In this document: positions 54,540 through 61,168 of the stretch, in pieces
Position numbering within the stretch: the first letter of the stretch is position 1
Layout of the letters: the number at the start of each line of letters is the position of its first letter
From: Limisphaerales bacterium
Lineage (GTDB): Bacteria; Verrucomicrobiota; Verrucomicrobiia; Limisphaerales; SIBE01
Assembly (NCBI GenBank): GCA_044225505.1
Contig: JBGAIN010000031.1
Coordinates: 1-61,168 of the forward strand
Length of the DNA: 61,168 bases
Reading direction: 5' to 3'
Position numbers and translations under genes: made by a program
The notes under the pieces: model-generated
Database searches by the model: none
What the model was told of the DNA's origin: nothing
Seen by the model: only the letters and a program-made list of their open reading frames with translations

Positions 54540-55760
54540 CTAGGCAACGCGCGCCAGAGCCTGTTCCAGGTCACGACAGAGGTCAATCGGATCTTCGATC
54601 CCAACCGAGAGTCGAAAGATTCCATCGCCAGCAAAGGCGCGATACTCCTCGAGCGGCTGGCCACTCAGATGAAACGACGTCTCCTGCAGTTCATCCGTTG
54701 GGAGGTAAAACACCAGGCTGCGTTGGTGTCCCAGCGAGACCGCATAATGAATCACCGCCAGCTCCGACGCGAACGCTCGAACTACTCGAGCGGAGTCTCG
54801 GACCTGGAAGGTCAACATCCCCGAGAAGTTCCGCATCTGCCGCTTCGCTAGCTCATGTTGCGGGTGCGATGGCAATCCCGGATAGCACACTCGCGTGACC
54901 CAGGGGTGTTTCTCCAGGAATCGGGCCACGACCAAGGCCCCTTCTTCATGGGCGCGCATGCGCAACGGGAAAGTCGCCAGTCCTCGCAGGATGAGCCAGG
55001 CGTTAAACGGGCTCAAGATGCCTCCGGTGCGAATCGCCACCCGTTTCCTTAAGTCGGCCAGCACGGATTCACGCCCAAGCAACGCTCCTCCAATCGCATC
55101 CCCATGCCCTCCCAAATACTTCGTGAGAGAGTGCACCACGAAATCCGCGCCCAGAGCGATCGGCTGGGTCGCTGCCGGAGTGGCAAATGTGGAGTCCACG
55201 GCCAGCTCCGCGCCACCCTCATGCGCAATCTGAACTAGAGCGGAAATGTCCGTCAGCCGAAGAATTGGATTAGTCGGAGTTTCGATATAGACCAGCTTGG
55301 TGTTGGGTCGAAGCGCGGCCCGGACCGCGTCCGGTTGACTCATATTAACGTAAGTGACCTCGACTCCCATGCGCGGCAGCAAGTCGCGGCTGAGTTCGGC
55401 CAGGGCGGCGTAGCTCACGTCGCTCAGCAGCAGATGATCCCCATGTCCAAGCCGGTGCAGCAAGAGGCCCGTGATCGCAGCCATGCCGCTCCCAAACGCG
55501 ACGCACGCTTCCGCCTTCTCCATCAGCGCGAGCTTCTGCTCCAATTGTTTCACCGTCGGGTTTCCCCACCGCGTGTAAACGTAAGGCATTTCCGCTTGAA
55601 CCGTTTCCGAAGAGAACGACGCATCCGCCGCGGACAGAAACGTCGTCGACATCACGATCGATGGCGCCGATGCGCCCGTGATGGGGTCCGGCGTTTCACC
55701 GCCATGCACGGCAATGGTCTGTGGCCCAACATTGGGGGGGAGAGGTTTCGTGTGCGGCAT
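54540..55760 (-). CDS. Cys/Met metabolism PLP enzyme (methionine gamma-lyase / cystathionine gamma-synthase family)
   Basis: YTRWGNPT, SGMAAI, ETPTNP, DSTFATP, HSLTKYLGGHGD and RLSVGIED motifs. Confidence 0.94.
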   Translation of the reverse strand: MPHTKPLPPNVGPQTIAVHGGETPDPITGASAPSIVMSTTFLSAADASFSSETVQAEMPYVYTRWGNPTVKQLEQKLALMEKAEACVAFGSGMAAITGLLLHRLGHGDHLLLSDVSYAALAELSRDLLPRMGVEVTYVNMSQPDAVRAALRPNTKLVYIETPTNPILRLTDISALVQIAHEGGAELAVDSTFATPAATQPIALGADFVVHSLTKYLGGHGDAIGGALLGRESVLADLRKRVAIRTGGILSPFNAWLILRGLATFPLRMRAHEEGALVVARFLEKHPWVTRVCYPGLPSHPQHELAKRQMRNFSGMLTFQVRDSARVVRAFASELAVIHYAVSLGHQRSLVFYLPTDELQETSFHLSGQPLEEYRAFAGDGIFRLSVGIEDPIDLCRDLEQALARVA

Positions 55761-55884
55761 TTCGGCAGATTAAACGTGGATTTACGCCCGGTTCCAATCA
55801 CGAAATCGGAGGGGATTCTCACGAAATCACGGCCGCGGTTTCGCGGATCCAATGTCCTAAATGTTCGGAAGGAACGTTTTACGA

Positions 55885-55970
55885 AACCATCGGAATCAAT
55901 TAGTGCCTGAGCACCGCTTGCTCGGAGCTCGGGGCTGGTTAGGTCCCTCAACGCATCTTCATTCGGTGGT
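55885..55970 (-). promoter_or_regulatory. Possible SAM-riboswitch-like leader (weak)
   Basis: The minus strand has AUGAAGA..GAGGGAC..CCCCGA..GAGCAA..GGUGCU..GAU in SAM-I motif order, upstream of a Met-metabolism gene. P3 looks too short. Confidence 0.25.
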
Positions 55971-56034
55971 CACCCACAGGTAACCCACTTGGAGTGGGTT
56001 ACCTGTGCGTCAGCACCGTATGACCCCCCCGTAT

Positions 56035-56129
56035 TCCTAGTCGTAATCGTAATCCTAGTCGTAATCGTAATCGTAATCGTAATCGTAATCGTAATCGTAA
56101 TCCTGATCTTGCTCTTAATCCTTGATCTC
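56035..56129. repeat. Hexamer microsatellite (TCGTAA)n with degenerate flanks
   Basis: Seven perfect TCGTAA at 56059-56100, two more at 56041-56052, and variants TCCTAG, TCCTGA and TCTTAA. Confidence 0.95.
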
Positions 56130-56210
56130 AAGCTGCTTGGCTGGTTCTGGACGCCCCTGCCTTCTCCTCGTGAGCTTGTGCTGGTGACTTTTTGTCACCA
56201 CCCGACCCTC

Positions 56211-56410
56211 GGTTTGGGAACGGTCCGTTCCCAAACCATGCGTCCATTGCTCGATTTGTTGCACACTCCGTCAACAAATTGTTGCCAGCTTGCAGAAGGC
56301 ATCGACTGCGGCGGTGCGGCGAACGAGTTTTAGAGGCACCTTAGTCCGTGCGCGCCAGCGTCTTGGAATCCAGGAGCAATTTGCTCCTGGTATGTGAGAC
56401 ATATCGCTGG
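56211..56410. repeat. Palindrome-rich dispersed element, copy 1
   Basis: Two conserved blocks shared with 60897-61095; perfect palindrome ggtttgggaacgg-t-ccgttcccaaacc. Confidence 0.85.
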
Positions 56411-56556
56411 CCAGTCGCTCACTCTCGGGTGGATGGCTGAATACGTTCCGCACGCCCAGACGCGACGACGCCAAGATTTCTTAAGAAGCGGAGCGCTGCT
56501 CACTTTCGCCCTGCCGGAGATGGTCGAGTGCTCGTCGGCTACGGAAGGAAACCGTG

Positions 56557-56670
56557 GGTGTTAGTCCTCATGATTGACATAAAGTATTGGCGGCAGTAGG
56601 GGAGGGAGGTCATGCCCAGGCAACTGGATCTGGAATATCCGGAAGCGGCCTATCACGCGATGAACCGTCC
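56557..56670 (+). mobile_element. RAYT-like transposase 5' stub (third copy)
   Basis: ggtgttagtcctcatgaTTGACA end, GGAGG, then MPRQLDLEYPEAAYHAMNR from 56612. Confidence 0.7.
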
Positions 56671-57846
56671 TACCGCCGGACCGACGAGGCCCGGCGAGAG
56701 AGGGATTTTAAGACGGTTTGGGGTCGGCGTTATCGCAAAACGCGACGCGGAGAACCGGCTTGTGGCGGTGCAATCCTGTGCGGTGCCGACCCGTGCCAAG
56801 CGAAGGCTGGAGTTTGAATACGACACCATGGGGCGGCGAGTCTCCAAGAAAACCTACACCCACACCGGGTCGGCGGACGTCCCTCAGTCACAAGCCGAGT
56901 ATGTCTGGGATGGATGGAACTTAGTGGCGGAGTTTGACGGTGCCGATGCTCTCATTCGGGCCTACTCGTGGGGAACCGACCTGAGCGGCTCGATACAGGG
57001 GGCGGGTGGAGTCGGAGGACTGATTGCCGTGTCGGTAGGTGGAACGATGTATTTCCCGGCGTATGATGGGAATGGGAACGTAGTGGCCTACGTCAGTGGA
57101 GGGAGCGGTCAGGTAAGCGCGCAGCACGAATACGGCCCCTTCGGTGAAGTGATTAGGCCACCAGTCAGATTAGCCCGTCCATCCCGATTCGGTGGTCCAC
57201 GAAATACACCGACCTGGAGACGGACTTGGTTTATTACGGCCACCGTTATTACAACCCCTCCACCGGACGTTGGCTCTCCAGAGATCCTATCGGGGAGAAT
57301 GGCGGGCTCAACCTGGATGGGTTCGTCGGCAACAATCCGATTTCCAAGAGGGATTCTCTTGGGTTGCAGTTCGCACCTGGCGATATTGTGCCTCCCGACT
57401 GGCAAGTTCCGCCGACTTCTCCGCCTGAGATCGACTGTTCGGGCTATTCTGGGCTTGGAGGCAAGACCTGCAAGAGCTGTGGTGGGTTTGGGCGTGATGT
57501 TGCTGATGGCTATCCAGGAAAAGCGCAGACGGTGTGCGAAGGCTTCAAAAAGCTTTATACCGGAACTTCGATGCAGGGACAGGCAGCGTGTGTTGCCCAG
57601 TGCTTGATCAACGCTGAAAAGGATATGAGCAAGTATCCAAATTGCAGTGATCGGAACTGTTCGCGTCTCCTGGCACACATTGACTGCTACGCTTCTTGTC
57701 GTTTCATTCCGATCAAGGGACTTCCCCCAGGAGGCGCGGAAGTCGGCTGGAACGACCTTCTTCCATCAGCCAGCCTCTCACCAAAGTGCCTGCTCATAGG
57801 GCGAGATGTGCTCAAGACGATTTTTCCAGAGGGACCAATCCCATGA
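56612..57846 (+). pseudogene. Orphan RHS core plus Cys-rich C-terminal tip, frameshifted near 57160-57180
   Basis: First frame: DAENRL, EYDTMGRR, YVWDGWNL, GAGGVGGL, YDGNGNV, EYGPFGE. Second frame: WSTKYTD..LVYYGHRYYNPSTGRWLSRDPIGE..NNPISKRDSLG. Confidence 0.88.
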
Positions 57847-58256
57847 GTCCTTTCATGCGGTTTGTCGAAATCGTGGGCATATCCATAGCAGCTTACGTGG
57901 TTGGTGGCGGGGTGCTGTTTTGCATGGTTAGTGGCCTCAAAACCCTGCTGGTCCTTCCACTGCTGTTGGTGTTCGGATGGTTTTACTTCATCCCGATCCT
58001 GGTCATTGTGTCATTGATGTGGGCAATCTTTCGCAACCTAAGTCGATCTTGGTGGATTGAAGCTGCCTTTGTAGCCGCTAGCGCCGCCATCTGGAGCTAC
58101 CTCGCATTGCTATTTGGAGTAAAGGGGCCAGAACCATTTTGGGCAAGGGCCTATGTTGTAGCTGGGGCGACGGCGGGCATACTGGCTAGTGCCCTTACAA
58201 TTGCCGCCAGGGCCAAATCTTTGGCATGTGCGGCAGAGCAGAGGCCCACGCCTTAG
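57843..58256 (+). CDS. Small membrane protein (about 4 TM), candidate immunity protein
   Basis: ATGA overlap with the RHS stop codon; 137 aa, mostly hydrophobic. Confidence 0.7.
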   Translation: MSPFMRFVEIVGISIAAYVVGGGVLFCMVSGLKTLLVLPLLLVFGWFYFIPILVIVSLMWAIFRNLSRSWWIEAAFVAASAAIWSYLALLFGVKGPEPFWARAYVVAGATAGILASALTIAARAKSLACAAEQRPTP

Positions 58257-58286
58257 CACGGAGATTCCTAAAGAGAGACAAAAGAA

Positions 58287-59216
58287 GTGCTGGTCGCCAT
58301 CACAGGTGCCTTTGGTTATTCCGGGCGCTACATCGCTCAACGACTTCTTGATGCTGGGCAGTCGGTATTCACGCTTACCAATTCCGTGGACCGGCAGAAT
58401 CCGTTCGGTGACGCAGTTCGAGCCGTGCCCTTCAACTTTGAGCATCCCGAAGTTTTGACCAATTCGCTACGGGGCACAGAAGTGCTCATTAACACTTACT
58501 GGGTTCGCTTCGATCACCAACTGTTTACGCATGAGGGTGCCGTGACTAACACCAAGGTTTTGTTCAAAGCCGCCAAGGAGGCCGGTGTGCGACGGATCGT
58601 GCATGTGAGCATCACCAATCCCGATCTTGGCTCGGACCTACCTTATTTCCGAGGTAAGGCGGAACTGGAGCAGGCACTCACGGCCCTTGGGCTGTCCTAT
58701 TGCATCCTGCGGCCCACTGTGCTCTTCGGCAAAGAGGACGTTCTCATCAACAACATCGCCTGGGCGCTCCGGCATCTGCCGGTGTTCGGCGTGTTCGGGT
58801 CAGGCGACTACAAGCTCCAGCCGATCTACGTGGACGACTTGGCGGCTGCTGCCGTGGAGAAGGCGACCGACACAGAGAACGAGATCGTGAACGCCATTGG
58901 CCCAGAGACGTTCACCTATCATGACCTGGTGGCCACCATTGGCCAGATCATTGGCTGTGAGCGTCCGATCATGGCTGTGCCACCGGCGCTGGGTTACTGG
59001 GCGTGTCGGCTGCTGGGCAGTCTGGTCCACGATGTCATTATAACTCGCGAAGAGGTCAGGGGGCTTATGGAAGGGCGTCTGTGCGTGGATGCTCCTCCAC
59101 TGGGCCGGACAAAGCTGACTGACTGGATTGCCGACCATAAGGACAGCCTCGGAAGGCATTACACAAGTGAGATGGCTCGCCGGGTTGATCGTTCCTCGAA
59201 GTATCGGTCCAACTGA
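58287..59216 (+). CDS. NAD(P)-dependent epimerase/dehydratase (atypical SDR, NDUFA9-like)
   Basis: TGAFGYSG, YFRGKAELE, ILRPTVLFG, QPIYVDDLA and NAIGPE motifs. Confidence 0.9.
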   Translation: MLVAITGAFGYSGRYIAQRLLDAGQSVFTLTNSVDRQNPFGDAVRAVPFNFEHPEVLTNSLRGTEVLINTYWVRFDHQLFTHEGAVTNTKVLFKAAKEAGVRRIVHVSITNPDLGSDLPYFRGKAELEQALTALGLSYCILRPTVLFGKEDVLINNIAWALRHLPVFGVFGSGDYKLQPIYVDDLAAAAVEKATDTENEIVNAIGPETFTYHDLVATIGQIIGCERPIMAVPPALGYWACRLLGSLVHDVIITREEVRGLMEGRLCVDAPPLGRTKLTDWIADHKDSLGRHYTSEMARRVDRSSKYRSN

Positions 59217-59800
59217 CGACGCTCCGATCCAGACCCAGGGCCGCGCCGGAGCATCAGCCCCAGTTCAAGAGCGCGTCAAATCGGACGCTAAACCTCACCT
59301 GTATCCTGGTGGTGAAGGGCTTGCGCCGATATGACGCTTTTGGGAGCTGAAAGCGGGTTTTGGTATCCACAATATTTTGGGCAACGCACTGGAATCCGCG
59401 CCCGGCAGTGCCGATTTTGACACGGTTGATGCCCGCGATCCGAACGGTTGCAAGAGCTGGACTTTGCCGTTGTTTCGGTTCGCCTGGGCCGTGACGGATC
59501 GGACTGATGCGGGCGTGACGGATCGCATTGACGTTTTGGCCTGCGCTGGCCCGTCAAGGCCGCGATCCGTCACGGGCACCGTCACCGTCACCTGGAGCGC
59601 CAGAATCTTTTGACGGGCACCGTGGCGGTGGCCGACGCGCTGGTCTTTGACGGACGCCACCTGGCCTGGTCGTGAGCTGCAAAACTGCCGTAGTTGGCTC
59701 TTGCAGAGGAGAAATCTCCGACTTTGTTGGATGCCTTTTTGCACGACCGCTCTTGACGCGCCGTCAAGCACCGAGATTGCAATAGACCCCTGGACGATGG

Positions 59801-59866
59801 NNNNNNNNNNNNNNNNNNNNNNNNNNNNNNNNNNNNNNNNNNNNNNNNNNNNNNNNNNNNNNNNNN
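59801..59866. other. Assembly gap (66 N)
   Basis: Run of N. Confidence 1.
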
Positions 59867-59886
59867 GGTGGCCATGACGATCAGGT

Positions 59887-60459
59887 TCACGACGACGATG
59901 ACGACCCTTTGCTACCGGCAGCGGCCTGCTTGACAACAGCCGCGACTTCGGGCGGAAGATCCCGATGCCGGGCGAGGTAGTAGCTGGGAGCGCGAGGGTC
60001 ATATTCCCAGAGCTGGTCAGGCTCCAGCTCCATCACCGGGACTTTCTTCCAGCCCAAAGAGAGCAGTTCGCTTTCCGTGAACCAACACCGGAGCGTTTCC
60101 CAGGCGTTCACGTCCACGAAAAGACCGACCTCAGCTTCCACCTTGCCGCTGTGCATAGAGCTGAGGAACTGGCGTGGATCAAGGCTGTGTGGGATGTGGT
60201 AGATGTGTCGGCGTTTGCTCTTGGGCTGTGTGCCCTCGCGGGCGAGCTGCCAAGCGTGGATGGCCACGGCCAGGGGAAGGAAGCCACCGATCTCTGGATG
60301 ATCCTGGAAATAGGAGTAAGCGGCCTGCTTGTCAGCCAGGGTGAATGCACTGGAAGTGAGCGTTCCGGTGCGGACGATGGCTTCCTGCCAGAGGGCATGG
60401 AAGCGCATCGCCTTGTGCCAGGCTTTCCGGTCATCGTCGGTATCCAGTTGGATGTCGAA
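59887..60459 (-). pseudogene. Hypothetical protein, probably 5'-truncated by the adjacent RAYT-stub end
   Basis: The frame is open upstream of ATG 60408 (FDIQLDTDDDRKAWHKAM) up to and through the GACCCC end at 60460-60465, with no upstream ATG. Confidence 0.5.
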
Positions 60460-60575
60460 GGGGTCAGGCCCGCATAATGCAATATAGGTGTTGACGCTTG
60501 AGGTAAGGCAGGGGCAGGTTCATGGCATGGCGAGAAAGCTGAGACTGCAATATCCGGGAGCCATTTACAACGGCG
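60460..60575 (+). mobile_element. RAYT-like transposase 5' stub (fourth copy)
   Basis: GGGGTCAGG at 60460, TTGACG at 60491, and ATG 60527 giving MARKLRLQYPGAIY, after which the sequence is unrelated. Confidence 0.75.
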
Positions 60576-60896
60576 CGTCCTTGATGATGAGCGTGGCTGG
60601 CTATGCCGCCGGATCTGTCCGAGAGTGGCTCAAATAGTCGTGAGAAACTTCTGCCGAACACCGGACATGCGTATCTGCGGGCCTGCCCCCTAAACCGCCC
60701 CATCTGTCCCATCCGGCCTTTGCCAACCGGTCCGTTTACGTGCGAAATGATCGCGAAATCATCTGTGCCGACTTAAATCAGACCCAATAAGACGGACCGC
60801 GCCCCATCTGTCCGCAATTTGCGGACGAGCTCGTAAGTCGCAACGCCAGAACGAGATCGGGGACCGCGCAGAAGAGCGACATTCCACCACATCAGC

Positions 60897-61095
60897 GATT
60901 TGGGGCCGGTCCGTTCCCAAACCGTGCGTCAATGGTCCGATTTGTTGCACACCGTCAACAAATCGTTACCAGCCTGCAGAAGGCGTAAACTGGGATGGTG
61001 CGGCAAGGATGTGGGCTGCACCGCCCCCCAACGCGCGCTTTAGCGGCGCAACGATATCCAAGAGCAATTGCTCCTGGCATGTGAGACATTTCGCT
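60897..61095. repeat. Palindrome-rich dispersed element, copy 2
   Basis: Shares cggtccgttcccaaacc, cgatttgttgcacac..cgtcaacaaat, tgcagaaggc and gagcaa(t)ttgctcctgg.atgtgagacat with 56211-56410. Confidence 0.85.
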
Positions 61096-61168
61096 CGAGC
61101 AGGCGTTCTCAACCATTCCGTAAACGGCGACGAGTTCGTGGGGTTTGGGGTTTCGTGTCACCGAGGCA

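Noticed and set aside
55989..56333. Membrane protein ORF with VIVIVIV
   Set aside because: The hydrophobic run is the TCGTAA microsatellite.
56271..61089. Conserved small peptide (MSH.PGA...AFC.L.TIC) on the minus strand of both ~200-bp elements
   Set aside because: There is a 1-nt indel near the start and most differences are non-synonymous, so the DNA rather than the protein looks conserved. Not fully excluded.
1..61168. tRNA/rRNA genes, prophage, integrase, reverse transcriptase or known defence systems
   Set aside because: No recognisable motifs by eye; tRNAscan, Rfam and DefenseFinder were not run.

Overview
61 kb of high-GC bacterial DNA with one 66-N scaffold gap (59801-59866). It is most likely Verrucomicrobiota (Pedosphaera/Limisphaerales-like), inferred from a VPDSG-CTERM-like tail, a PSCyt/PSD1 plus DUF1501 pair, and a prepilin H-X9-DG protein. 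The centre (about 7-56 kb) is ordinary chromosome: MFS and sugar ABC transport, a di-heme cytochrome c, Lon-Hsp20, MiaE, a GT2, a minor-pilin operon, a PPi-type PEPCK, large secreted multi-domain proteins, a vanadium haloperoxidase-like protein and Met/Cys PLP enzymes. Both ends are accessory zones with the same ingredients: RHS proteins with Cys-rich C-terminal tips, gene remnants, and four 5' stubs of a REP-associated (RAYT-like, HUH/Y1) transposase with GGGGTC...TTGAC ends. Two of the stubs are closed by inverted ends (MITE-like), and one is fused in frame to an orphan RHS core. Non-coding structure the ORF track does not explain includes: two 200-bp-period tandem arrays of inverted hexamer arms around an MFS gene; a palindrome-rich ~200-bp element present twice; an iteron-like TGACGG cluster; and a weak SAM-riboswitch-like leader. 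Four genes are frameshifted, which may be assembly error. All family calls come from recognising motifs by eye; no database searches were run.
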